Shown here piece after piece: positions 51,043-60,469 of a DNA stretch of 64,000 bases. Position numbers and translations under genes: made by a program. This DNA comes from an uncultured bacterium. GTDB taxonomy: Bacteria; Actinomycetota; Acidimicrobiia; Spongiisociales; UBA5794. Where the stretch lies: positions 64,001 through 128,000 of the forward strand of contig CAWDDT010000013.1 of NCBI GenBank assembly GCA_963801165.1. Reading direction: 5' to 3'. Numbering within the stretch: position 1 is the stretch's first letter; each line of letters starts with the position of its first letter. The notes under the pieces are model-generated. The model saw only the letters and a program-made list of their open reading frames with translations, searched no databases and was not told the origin of the DNA.

Positions 51043-51306
51043 GTGCACGAGGTCGAGATTACCCCTGAGGGTCTGCGCCACCTCAACCAACTACCCGAGA
51101 ACGTCCGCAACGCTGCCCTAGCGGCCATCCTCGGGCCTATCGCTGAGAATCCTCAGCGGCTCGGGAAACCACTGCTCGGCGAACTCGAAGGGCTCCACGC
51201 TGCCCGACGCGGTGACTATCGCATCATCTACGAGATCTTCGAGGACGAAGACACCGTCCTAATCCACAGGATTCAGCACCGCCGTGACGTATACCGACCA
51301 AGGTGA
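51043..51306 (+). CDS. RelE/ParE toxin
   Basis: NPQRLGKPL.GELEG..ARRGDYRIIY..HRRDVYR. Confidence 0.93.
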   Translation: MHEVEITPEGLRHLNQLPENVRNAALAAILGPIAENPQRLGKPLLGELEGLHAARRGDYRIIYEIFEDEDTVLIHRIQHRRDVYRPR

Positions 51307-51587
51307 CCGACCACTGCAATGCACGAGGCCGTGTGCATCCTTGGAAGGAGCCAGCGGTGGGCACCCTGCCATCGCCACCCTGAGTGGCCACCGTGCCAAC
51401 ATATCTAGTGATCTGGTGCGGGTGCGTTCGGGTGCGTGCGGCAAGGTCCTGTCACAGGTTGTCGTCCTTGCAGAGGGCGGGGGATCTCTCCGAAGCTGTT
51501 GGGCACGTTCATGTCTGACTCATCGTGCGGACAACCTGCACGCCTTGTCACATTGACGAGCCTCCACGGCGACTATTCACGACCCTT

Positions 51588-52385
51588 CTAGTTGCGGCTG
51601 GCCTCGAACTCGTCGAAATAGACGGTCAGCTGGTCGAGAGCTTCCTGTGTAAGTATGGGTGTCGCCACTTCGTCTTCCGTGATCCGGAATACGGTGAGAA
51701 ACTTACCGGGATGCGTGGAGTCGAGCCACATGGCGAAGGGCGTCCAGACGTTGGGGGAGTACTCCTCGAAAGGGAAATCGTGGATCAGGTCGACGATCTG
51801 GCCACCGCTGATCTGGAACCGGAACGCGCCGCGAACCGGTGGGTACCCGACGATCTGCGACAGCTTCGTATCGAGTTCATAGTCGCAGACGACCTCAGAT
51901 ACCGTTCCCGGTCGAGTTTCGGTACATTCGTAGTCAAAGGTCGCCTCCAACCGTCTCAGGTAGTCGAAGCTGGGCGCCACTTCGTCGAGGCTGTCGACGA
52001 TCGGGACATCACTCATGGTCACCGTTGGGCTTAGAAGCGCCAGCGCCGCATCGGCGTCGTAGTCGTTTCTGGCGTCCATATACGCGGCGGCAATCCTTTC
52101 CGGAGCTGCGCCCAGCGTCGTCTCGTTCGAACTCAACACCGCCCAGGTGCCGACACCTGCGATCAGCGCGATTGCGGCGACCATGGCGGCGACCATGAAT
52201 GCCCGCCGACTGTCGGTTCCCCGTGTCGGTTGTGTTGCAGTCTCTTTGGATGTCGTGCTTTCTGTGGTGGCCATAGCCCCCCCTCGTATCTCCAAATCAG
52301 TGAGTGCCAGCGGCGAGTCGAGCCCATCCGGGTCCGGAACCGGGTTCATCTCCATTAAGAGTTGGAACACTCTCTCGTCGTTCAT
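51588..52385 (-). CDS. Putative anti-sigma membrane protein with NTF2/SnoaL-like extracytoplasmic domain
   Basis: NPVP N-terminus, single TM, AAAYMDARNDYDADAALALL; coupled to the ECF sigma stop. Confidence 0.65.
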   Translation of the reverse strand: MNDERVFQLLMEMNPVPDPDGLDSPLALTDLEIRGGAMATTESTTSKETATQPTRGTDSRRAFMVAAMVAAIALIAGVGTWAVLSSNETTLGAAPERIAAAYMDARNDYDADAALALLSPTVTMSDVPIVDSLDEVAPSFDYLRRLEATFDYECTETRPGTVSEVVCDYELDTKLSQIVGYPPVRGAFRFQISGGQIVDLIHDFPFEEYSPNVWTPFAMWLDSTHPGKFLTVFRITEDEVATPILTQEALDQLTVYFDEFEASRN

Positions 52386-52945
52386 TACCTCTCGCTTCCA
52401 TCCGCACGTGTTCCGAGCGAACTCTCTTGCAGGGCTCGGAACTTGCGCCCGAGTCGCTGCTTAGCCCGATGGAGCCGCTGTGCCGCGGCTTCGGTCGAGC
52501 ATCCCAACACGACAGCAATGGCCTCGTTGGAGAGTTCCTCCCAAGCGGACAACAGCAGCACCTCGCGGTCGCTGTCGCGAATGCCGACAAGCGCCTCGTG
52601 TAGCTGTAGATACTCCGCACGCTGGATGAGTTGCCACTCAGGCTGAGGGACGATCGGCGGCCGAACGCCAGATAAGCGCTCGGCAAGCCGTTGCCGCCGC
52701 TTTACCGACCGGTAGTGGTCAGAGACAACCCGGCGGGCCACGGCGTAGAGCCACGGCAGCGCCTTGTCGTCGGCCGGCATGTCTTCTATCCGACGCCAGG
52801 CAACGGCAAAAACAGCAGCTACCGCATCAGCGGCGTCGTCTCCGATACGGCGGAGACAATACGCACGTACTGCACGATTGTGCTTCTGGTATAGCCGGGT
52901 GAGGCGAGCATCCTGGGAAGACATTCCTCGATCCATTCTTGCCAT
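52385..52945 (-). CDS. ECF sigma factor
   Basis: AADAVAAVFAVAWRR, WLYAVAR, DREVLLL.AWEELS..IA.VLG, RLHRAK; start 52945 or 52924. Confidence 0.9.
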   Translation of the reverse strand: MARMDRGMSSQDARLTRLYQKHNRAVRAYCLRRIGDDAADAVAAVFAVAWRRIEDMPADDKALPWLYAVARRVVSDHYRSVKRRQRLAERLSGVRPPIVPQPEWQLIQRAEYLQLHEALVGIRDSDREVLLLSAWEELSNEAIAVVLGCSTEAAAQRLHRAKQRLGRKFRALQESSLGTRADGSER

Positions 52946-53224
52946 GTCGCAACGTATATGGCCGGCTGAATCGATTCTTGACAGAAAGACCGGGTTGATC
53001 GCTTCGCCGTTCGCCCCCTTTCGAGCTCCGTACTGCTGTTGCCGCCAACCGGATCGGTAGTGGCGGGTCCCGACGCCCGTTCGGCATTGGGGAAGGGCCT
53101 TGACGCCGCGGTGCAAGACCTTGCCGCCGACATCGGTCCGAATGCAGAGATCGTGGCTCTGATTGGCTACCGGCACCGTGAGTGTTTAGCCCAGGACGGC
53201 CGCCCAGATCACTCACCACCCGGA

Positions 53225-53296
53225 GCGATATCGCGCACGCCTACGCGAGAGATATCCGGCATCTCCCACTAATCCCGTTATCTAGGAACGACGCTG
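53225..53296 (-). repeat. Conserved non-coding element, copy 2
   Basis: Reverse complement aligns with 3852-3924; identical core at 53269-53283. Confidence 0.8.
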
Positions 53297-53339
53297 CGTG
53301 GCCAGGTGGGTAGGGCGTGCAGTGCTTGTACTAAGGTCC

Positions 53340-53500
53340 GGACCCTCATCGCCGCCGGAGAAGACCCATACGTAATCTCCGGACGCCTTGGCCACGCCTC
53401 GATCCGCACCACCCCTGACGTCTACGGACACCTCTTCGAGGGCCGCGACCAGGAAGCCTCAGCTGCTCTTGAAGCCGCAAGGGCTCGATCTCTCGCGGAC
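53340..53500 (+). pseudogene. Tyrosine integrase C-terminal fragment
   Basis: LIAAGEDPYVISGRLGHASIRTTPDVYGHLF. Confidence 0.85.
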
Positions 53501-54022
53501 TCTGAGAAAACCGCGGTCAATGTCGCTCGAGCTATAAAACGAGAAGATCCCCCGCAAACACGGGGGATCTGGATGGCGGACCTCACAGGACACTATTTGA
53601 ACTTCTTGGACTCCATCCTGGGCCGAAGAACCGAGGAACTACAACGGAAAACGGCTGAGCTCGAGAAACTCTTACGTCGCACAATGTGATCCGAACCGAG
53701 CCTTCCCCTGTTCACCTGCTCTTACGGAACAAGGAAGCGACATATGCACGCAACCTGCCCACTGGTCCACGTTTCACCATCTCCCCTTCAATAGCCTCCG
53801 TTGTCTCAGCCGTGATTCGGAAGTGACGTTCCTTCGTCGCTCGGTCCCGACGACGACCAGCTTCGACCCGGCCGGCCACGTTGACCTCGTCCGCGTATGA
53901 TGGTGCAATAGGAGGAGCGGTAAGAAACTCGCCCTCCGATATACCACACCCCCGGTGGACCGCACCCATCTCGAGGAGAACGGACTCAATGGCCTGACCG
54001 TCGAAGAGAAGGAGATACCGAG

Positions 54023-54739
54023 GTGACTACTGCATCGAAGAGCGCGCCTAGGACTATCAGCACGATCTTGTTCATCGTCGCAGCTGGCCTGTTGGCGGCC
54101 ACGGTCGCCCTAGGTTGGCTGTACGGGACCCACAGAAGCCCCGATGGCTATGTCTCCAGCCAAGACGCAACCATGTCGTCCGACGGCTACGCCATCGCTT
54201 CGGCCGACATCGACTTAGGAGCACTCCCCGACAAGTGGATTCCCACCAGCCTCCTGGGGACATTCCGTGTCGAAGCCGAGTCGGACGGAGGGACACCCAT
54301 CTTCATCGGCGTCGGCCCCGTCGAGGAGGTCGCCGCATACCTGGCGGATGTCGAGTACACAGAAGTGACCAGATTCGGGAGCTCAGGGCAGTTCTCGCAT
54401 ATCGAACACGCCGGCTCCGCGACTCCCCAACCACCTGCAAGCCTCGGCTTATGGACGGTCAGCACACAGGGAGAAGGCCTCCAGACGCTGGACTGGGACC
54501 CTGAATCGGGAGCATGGACGCTGGTGATCATGAACTCCGATGGTGCCTCCGGCGTCCAGATCTCAACGTCGGTGGGTGTTAACACCCCGTGGATCATGAT
54601 TGGACTGGTGATCCTCGGGCTGATGACCCTCCTGACTGCCATTGGCGCCGTGATCCTCGCTGGGGTCGCTTCGAGACGCCCGGCCCCAGCCGGCGCAACC
54701 GAGTCGACATCGACCCAACCACCACCATTACCGCACTGA
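54023..54739 (+). CDS. Hypothetical membrane protein (two TM, extracellular loop)
   Basis: AAGGAGA RBS; N- and C-terminal TM; IFIGVGP..V.AYL, WTLVIMNSDG. Confidence 0.75.
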   Translation: MTTASKSAPRTISTILFIVAAGLLAATVALGWLYGTHRSPDGYVSSQDATMSSDGYAIASADIDLGALPDKWIPTSLLGTFRVEAESDGGTPIFIGVGPVEEVAAYLADVEYTEVTRFGSSGQFSHIEHAGSATPQPPASLGLWTVSTQGEGLQTLDWDPESGAWTLVIMNSDGASGVQISTSVGVNTPWIMIGLVILGLMTLLTAIGAVILAGVASRRPAPAGATESTSTQPPPLPH

Positions 54740-54810
54740 GCTCACACGCTGTCGACAGAGAGAGTCTTCACTACCCTTTCACGGGAGCCGAACATCGAAG
54801 GAGGATTGTC

Positions 54811-55446
54811 ATGTCGGATTCACCACTCGCTCGGTTTGCAGCGCCCATCGCCATCGTCGGCGGCGCTCTGGTCGTCGTCACGCGACTGGTTAGCCTGACC
54901 ATCCCGGCCGGGGAGCTTGCACTTCTGAAGGCGTACGTCCTGACTGCTACGCATGCAATCAATAGTGTTGCATCGATCGTGGCCTTCGCGCTGCTAGCCC
55001 TTGCCCTCGTCGCGGCGTATGACCGCGAAGCGCGCCCTGCCGGCACGCTGGGCGTCGTCGCTTTCGGAGCGGCAATCGTCGGCACGGTGTTCATGGCCGG
55101 GGACTGGTGGTTCGAGGCGTTCGCCGTACCACGGATGGCGGAGGTCGCTCCTCAGGTGATGGACACCTGGGTCGGCGGCCGGCTGCTCATGGGTGGCCTA
55201 TTGAGCTTCGCGCTCTTCGGGTTGGGTTGGGCCTTCTTCGGCATCGCCAGCCTGCGTGCTCGCGTCTTCCCAGCCGCCATCTCGATTGCGATCATTGCTG
55301 GCGGCCTCCTGTCTGGCGTTCCAATCGGCATCGCCTACCTGATCGGCGGCGCAATCCTTGGTTTGGCCATGGTGTGGCTAGGCGCGTGGATGGGACGGAC
55401 TACCGCGGCCGCCACCGCGGCTGGCAAGGAGGTCGAGGCCCGATGA
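54811..55446 (+). CDS. Hypothetical polytopic membrane protein
   Basis: AGGAGG RBS before ATG 54811; GDWWFEAF motif; multiple TM segments. Confidence 0.75.
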   Translation: MSDSPLARFAAPIAIVGGALVVVTRLVSLTIPAGELALLKAYVLTATHAINSVASIVAFALLALALVAAYDREARPAGTLGVVAFGAAIVGTVFMAGDWWFEAFAVPRMAEVAPQVMDTWVGGRLLMGGLLSFALFGLGWAFFGIASLRARVFPAAISIAIIAGGLLSGVPIGIAYLIGGAILGLAMVWLGAWMGRTTAAATAAGKEVEAR

Positions 55447-55534
55447 ACGCGGGATCCTCCCTCTGCTGAACGTGGCCTTCACCGGCAGGACCTGTGGCTC
55501 AACGACGAGGCGAGACAGAAGCTGGCCAGGCCCT

Positions 55535-55561
55535 TGGTGGAGCTGACGGGACTCGAACCCC
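55535..55561 (-). repeat. Duplicate of the tRNA-Ala 3' end (att scar)
   Basis: TGGTGGAGCTGACGGGACTCGAACCCC against TGGTGGAGCTGAGGGGATTTGAACCCC at 55900 (3 mismatches). Confidence 0.85.
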
Positions 55562-55899
55562 CGGAAGGGACTGTTTTCGCGGTCAATAGGGAGGCTGGAA
55601 ACCATTTGCCGCGGCCTCATCGTGTAGAAGACGAGTCTCCGGTGACTCGGTTGTGATGGACCCGACACCGGCCTGGACGTGTCTTGGACGGTCGAATCTC
55701 GGCACCCAACTGGCGGTGGCACCCGAGCAGCAGCGAGGCTCAGAACGAGCATCGCACGGGCGAAGAAGCGCGAAGCACCCCGCTCAGAATGAGGTGCTTC
55801 GAGCCGGCCCGTTGTGGACCGCCTGTGGAGCGTGAGGCCTCAGGATCGCGCATCGCGCGAACAGGAGAGCGAACCAGAAATCGCCCTGACTAGGGCAAA

Positions 55900-55976
55900 T
55901 GGTGGAGCTGAGGGGATTTGAACCCCTGACTTCCTGCATGCCATGCAGGCGCTCTGCCGAGCTGAGCTACAGCCCC
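55900..55976 (-). tRNA. tRNA-Ala (GGC)
   Basis: GGGGCTG...CAGCTCC-A-CCA with G3:U70; anticodon arm CCTGC-ATGGCAT-GCAGG. Confidence 0.97.
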
Positions 55977-55997
55977 GGGAAACGGGTTGTGATTGTA

Positions 55998-56402
55998 TCA
56001 GGCTTCCGATGGTGTCGGTTCGAACTCGATGACAGGTGCATCGGCCCAGAGCCGCTCCAGCCGGTAGTAATCCCGCGTCTCCTGATCGAATATGTGAACG
56101 ACCATGTCGCCGTAGTCGAGAAGGATCCACGTCGAATATTCCCGGCCCTCACGACGAAGCGGTTTACGCCCGAGCCGTTCGGCGAGCTGCGCTTCGGCCT
56201 CGTCCGAAAGGGTACGCGCGTGACGGCTCGAGGTTCCGGACGCGATGACAAACACGTCGGTGACGACGAGCAACTCGGAAACGTCCAGAAGCACGATATC
56301 GAGGCCCTTTTTGTCATCGATCGCGGCGGCAGCCGCCAGGGCTGCTTCGATGGCTTCGCTTGTGGCGCTAATTGCTCGGGCCCTTCGATAGTGAGCCCTC
56401 AA
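55998..56402 (-). CDS. rsfS: Ribosome silencing factor
   Basis: DKKGLDI, WILLDYGDMVVHIF, YYRLERLW; start uncertain. Confidence 0.93.
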   Translation of the reverse strand: MRAHYRRARAISATSEAIEAALAAAAAIDDKKGLDIVLLDVSELLVVTDVFVIASGTSSRHARTLSDEAEAQLAERLGRKPLRREGREYSTWILLDYGDMVVHIFDQETRDYYRLERLWADAPVIEFEPTPSEA

Positions 56403-56423
56403 TAATAGAGCCCTCGGTTGCGA

Positions 56424-56999
56424 TCAGCGGGCGTAGATCTGGTTGTCCTCAACGTACCGCCACACCGCTTCTCGCACAAGGAATCGGATGCTCCGTCCGG
56501 CGGCGGCTTGTCTACGCAGCATCGTGCCGCTGAGCCGCACGTCGGGTGTGTCCAGCCACACGAAGCTGCGCCCTCTCAGCACACCATCCACCTCGACCCG
56601 CTCGATACCGGGCCGCGGAATGACGACGACAGTCGCGCGATCCAGAATCGCATCCGCCTCGTGCCACGTTGGGATACCTCGAGCGGCGTCGGCGCCAACG
56701 ATGAGATACAGCTCCTCCTCCTCGGGGAAGCTCCGCAGGGTGTCGACCGTGTAGGTCCATCCGTCCCGTCTCACCTCGCGGTCATCGGCCTCGAAATACG
56801 GAACCCCCTCGAGGGCGAGCACGGTCATGTTCCAGCGGTCCTCCGGCTTGCTCACGGGCTGCCCGGCCTTCTGCCACGGCGATCCCGCAGGCAGGAACGT
56901 CACAATGTCGAGCTGGAGATCACGGTAGGCAGCCTCACCGGCAAAAAGGTGCGCAAAATGAGGAGGGTCGAATGTACCGCCGAGAATGCCGCGTCGCAC
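56424..56999 (-). CDS. nadD: Nicotinate-nucleotide adenylyltransferase
   Basis: GGTFDPPHFAH, TYTVDTL, GADA, SGTMLR. Confidence 0.95.
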   Translation of the reverse strand: MRRGILGGTFDPPHFAHLFAGEAAYRDLQLDIVTFLPAGSPWQKAGQPVSKPEDRWNMTVLALEGVPYFEADDREVRRDGWTYTVDTLRSFPEEEELYLIVGADAARGIPTWHEADAILDRATVVVIPRPGIERVEVDGVLRGRSFVWLDTPDVRLSGTMLRRQAAAGRSIRFLVREAVWRYVEDNQIYAR

Positions 57000-57015
57000 C
57001 GCCGCAGCTTAAACC

Positions 57016-57483
57016 TCAAGGAAGCGGAACGAGGGTCAGCGCCGGTTGCGGAGAAGTGAGACACACCAGCCAGTTCGCCGGGTCCTGGTAGACGTCGCCG
57101 ACCCGCACCGAGAAATGAACGGCTGCGATGTCGTGATCGGTGCCGCTCCTGCCTATTGGCGAACCGGTGGCTACCCACTGCCCACGGGTGACGTCGATCT
57201 CGCTCAGATACGAATAGGACGTTCGCAGCCCGCCCCCATGGTCGACAGTCACCGACAGGACCCCGGCAACTTCGCCGGCAAAGGTCACCCGCCCGGCGTC
57301 GGCAGCGCGCACCCCGGTACCGGGCTCAACGGAGAAGTCGACGCCCCAGTGACCTCCGAAGGTCCCCACCGGCGCAAAAGCACGGACGATCTCGCCGGCC
57401 ACAGGCGCCGACAGACCAGGGCAGCCGGCAGAGCCCGGCGGGTATGGGGACAAAAGAGCAAGTGCGATCAGGAAAGGAACCAT
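57016..57483 (-). CDS. M23 family peptidase
   Basis: HWGVD and VHFS motifs; signal peptide. Confidence 0.85.
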   Translation of the reverse strand: MVPFLIALALLSPYPPGSAGCPGLSAPVAGEIVRAFAPVGTFGGHWGVDFSVEPGTGVRAADAGRVTFAGEVAGVLSVTVDHGGGLRTSYSYLSEIDVTRGQWVATGSPIGRSGTDHDIAAVHFSVRVGDVYQDPANWLVCLTSPQPALTLVPLP

Positions 57484-57559
57484 TGTCGAGCCACCAACCG
57501 CATTCTCACCATACGAGATGGATAACCGTCACGGAAGGGGGCCCACTGCGACCCGATGC

Positions 57560-57955
57560 TCAGCCGTTGTTGGCGGCTTCACCGGCGGTGGCTGACAGCA
57601 TGGCGATTGCGGCTTCACGTAGCTCGTCGTTGCGGAACGGCTTGACGATGGCTCCGTCGGCTCCCCTGGTTCTCGCCTCGGCGTGCACGTCCTCGTAGCC
57701 GGAAAGGATGAGGACCTTCACGTTGGCGCCGCCCGGCGACGCCCGGAGCGCCTCGAGAACGTCCCATCCTGTCATGTCGGGTAGCCCGATATCTAACAGC
57801 ACGAGGTCGGGATCGAAAGAAGCGGCGACTTCGATCGCCTCGGCACCGCTGCTCGCCGCGGCAAATTCGAAACCTGCCGGCCGCAGACACATCTCGATCA
57901 GACGACGTAGCACATCCGAGTCGTCGACTATCAGCGCTCGCTGCGTTGACACCAC
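57560..57955 (-). CDS. Single-domain response regulator
   Basis: IVDD, LLDIGLPDMTG, KPF. Confidence 0.92.
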   Translation of the reverse strand: MVSTQRALIVDDSDVLRRLIEMCLRPAGFEFAAASSGAEAIEVAASFDPDLVLLDIGLPDMTGWDVLEALRASPGGANVKVLILSGYEDVHAEARTRGADGAIVKPFRNDELREAAIAMLSATAGEAANNG

Positions 57956-58016
57956 TGCTCCCTCGTAACTAGTCAGGATGAATACCTTGCTAGGGGTTTA
58001 GTCGGCCGCGACGACC

Positions 58017-58064
58017 GTGAGTTAAGCGATTGTGAATTACGCGATTGTGAGTTGAGCGATTGTG
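58017..58064. repeat. 15-bp tandem repeat, 3 copies
   Basis: GTGAGTTAAGCGATT / GTGAATTACGCGATT / GTGAGTTGAGCGATT. Confidence 0.8.
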
Positions 58065-58079
58065 CGCGCTTTTCGCGAC

Positions 58080-59579
58080 CTACCGATGAAGGTCCGGGTC
58101 GGCCTGTCTGGCCCTGGAGCGCACCGTGTAAACCGAATCGCCGCTGAGTACCCCTGCCCGGCCAAACAGCCGGCCCCACTGCCAGTTGGACAGACCCAGC
58201 TCGGGACGGTCGAGGGCGTACTGGCCGTCGATCCACCTGGTGAACCCGTCACCGACAAACGGCGAGTCGATCATCGCAAAGAACGCAGCCTGCGCCTCGG
58301 CGTCTTCCGCCACCAGGCTTGCACCGAAGCGGGGACTCTGCCCGTTGAACAGCCGAACCGCGGTCTCCTCATCCGGCACAACCGTGAGCGTCACCTCGGG
58401 GCTATCCTCCCACTCCCACTCGACGCCGAGACGATCGTCGGCAATGTCCTCAGTCTGCGGCTCCGCCACGTTGCCTTCCGCTCTGGTTATCTCGACAATG
58501 TCAAACCAGGCTTCGGGGACGAACGGGCGGGCAGACAGCGTTACATGCAGCTTCGAGTTCGTACCCAGATTGGCCCCCGCCTTGCTCAACGCGTCCAAGA
58601 ACACCGGCACTAGCTCGGACGCTCGGGAGGCGACGATGCAGCACGTGTTGAGCGTATTGCAGACCTTACGATCGAGCGAGTTCTCGACGACGGCGCCGAA
58701 CCGACCGGCAGCCGCGGTCTCACCGGCGACTATCCAGGCGCCACCCGTGCCGTGCAAGCTGACCGGAATGCCGGCCTGGCGCGCCACAGCACCCAGTTGG
58801 GCGACAGCCGCTCCCGAACCGCGGGCGACGGCGAGCGCAAGACGTGTGTCGGAGAACAGCGCCCACCCCGCGGCTCGCGCCGGGCTGTCCACGAGCGAGA
58901 CGATTCCGTCAGGAAGACCCGCGGCCGTTACGGCGGGAGCGAGGGCGTGCTCGACTATCGCCCGGGCCGTCCCGAGCGCATCCGAGCCGATCCGGAACAC
59001 GACCGCGTTACCGCTGCGCAGCACGCCGGTTGCGTCGGCGAAGACATTTGGGCGTCCCTCGAAGATGAACCCGACGATCCCGAGACCTGAGCGAACCAGA
59101 TCGACGCTCCACCCCTCATGCTCGATGGTCTCAGCGACACGATCGCGACTCGAGGCGGTGCTCGCCCACAGCCCCAACCCGGTAATCATGTCGGCACGCA
59201 TCTTCTCGGACAGCACGAGCCTGGTGACGGAACGACCACGCTCCCTGGCCGCCGCAACGTCACCCTCGTTGGCGGCCGCAATCGGGGCAAAGACCTCATC
59301 ATCTGCCAGACGGTCCGCAAACTCGCCGTAGAAACGCGTGATCTGGCCGTCGGTCACACCTCCAAAAGCGTGAAACGCGGCCTCCGCTGCGTCGATCGCC
59401 CGTGTCGCCGTTTCATGTGCCACTGCGGGCACGTGGAGCAGATCACCGGTGGCCTGCACCACGATGACGTGATCGCCGGGCTGAAAGGCGGCAGCGAGCT
59501 CGGGTGTCACGTAGGTGACGTGATCGCCGCCGTACAAAACGGCCATTCCTGGTTCGAGCTTGATCAATCGGTCCGTCAT
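58080..59579 (-). CDS. proA: Glutamate-5-semialdehyde dehydrogenase (divergent, N-terminally extended)
   Basis: GIVGFIFEGRPNV, SGNAVVFR, VCNTL, FTRWIDG; near proB. Confidence 0.85.
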   Translation of the reverse strand: MTDRLIKLEPGMAVLYGGDHVTYVTPELAAAFQPGDHVIVVQATGDLLHVPAVAHETATRAIDAAEAAFHAFGGVTDGQITRFYGEFADRLADDEVFAPIAAANEGDVAAARERGRSVTRLVLSEKMRADMITGLGLWASTASSRDRVAETIEHEGWSVDLVRSGLGIVGFIFEGRPNVFADATGVLRSGNAVVFRIGSDALGTARAIVEHALAPAVTAAGLPDGIVSLVDSPARAAGWALFSDTRLALAVARGSGAAVAQLGAVARQAGIPVSLHGTGGAWIVAGETAAAGRFGAVVENSLDRKVCNTLNTCCIVASRASELVPVFLDALSKAGANLGTNSKLHVTLSARPFVPEAWFDIVEITRAEGNVAEPQTEDIADDRLGVEWEWEDSPEVTLTVVPDEETAVRLFNGQSPRFGASLVAEDAEAQAAFFAMIDSPFVGDGFTRWIDGQYALDRPELGLSNWQWGRLFGRAGVLSGDSVYTVRSRARQADPDLHR

Positions 59580-59647
59580 GACGGCAACGGTAGCGGCTCG
59601 CCCTTGTGTCGTGAAGCAGAATGGTCGGGCGGGCTAGGCTCCCGCCG

Positions 59648-60445
59648 ATGCCACCAAGCGAGTTCTACACCCATGGCCACAGTACCGCGGTCACGGGTTC
59701 CCACGCCCGCCGGACAGTCGCCGATTCGGCGGCGTTTTTCGTCAACCGTCTCGAATCAGACTCGGTCTTGCTCGACTTCGGGTGCGGACCGGGGTCGATC
59801 ACCGTCGACCTGGCCGACCGGATAGGTCCTGATGGGACGGTGGTCGGCATCGACAACAACCGGGACGTCCTGGCCATTGCTTGCAACGACAGTGCGGCGC
59901 CGAACCTGTCATATGTTCAAGGATCCGTCTACTGCTTGCCGTTTTCGGACAATACTTTCGACCTTGCGTACGGCCATCAAGTGCTGCAACACCTCGCCGA
60001 CCCGGTCGCGGCCCTCAGCGAGGTTCGCCGTGTGCTCCGACCCGGGGGAACGGTCGCAGTGCGGGATGCCGACTACGGATCGATGACCCACCACCCCCAC
60101 TACCCCGAGCTCGACGAGTGGAAAGACCTGTACAGCCGCGTGGCACGTCGCAACGGCGGCGAGCCCGATGCCGGTCGGCGACTCCAGGAATGGGTGGACG
60201 CCGCGGGCTACGCCGATATCTGCTCACGTGCGTCTGCGTGGCATTACTCAACCCACGAACAGCGTGAGACCTGGGCGAGTTTGTGGGCGGAACGGATCCA
60301 GGTGCCACGGTTCGCCGACCGGGCGAAAGCACTCGATGACGACATCGACATCGCACGACTGGCAACCGCCTGGCTCAACTGGGCACATGAGCCCGACGGC
60401 TGGTTCGCCTTTCTTCATGGAGAGGTCACCGCCGTCAAGCCGTGA
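59648..60445 (+). CDS. Class I SAM methyltransferase
   Basis: LDFGCGPGSIT, HQVLQHL.DP, RVLRPGG. Confidence 0.9.
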   Translation: MPPSEFYTHGHSTAVTGSHARRTVADSAAFFVNRLESDSVLLDFGCGPGSITVDLADRIGPDGTVVGIDNNRDVLAIACNDSAAPNLSYVQGSVYCLPFSDNTFDLAYGHQVLQHLADPVAALSEVRRVLRPGGTVAVRDADYGSMTHHPHYPELDEWKDLYSRVARRNGGEPDAGRRLQEWVDAAGYADICSRASAWHYSTHEQRETWASLWAERIQVPRFADRAKALDDDIDIARLATAWLNWAHEPDGWFAFLHGEVTAVKP

Positions 60446-60469
60446 CGACACGACTATCGCCTCACCCGA

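Larger units (their letters stand above)
49700..55899. mobile_element. Decayed island(s) at the 3' end of tRNA-Ala; left boundary uncertain
   Basis: tRNA 3'-end duplicates, integrase and IS110 fragments, TA pair, accessory genes. Confidence 0.65.
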
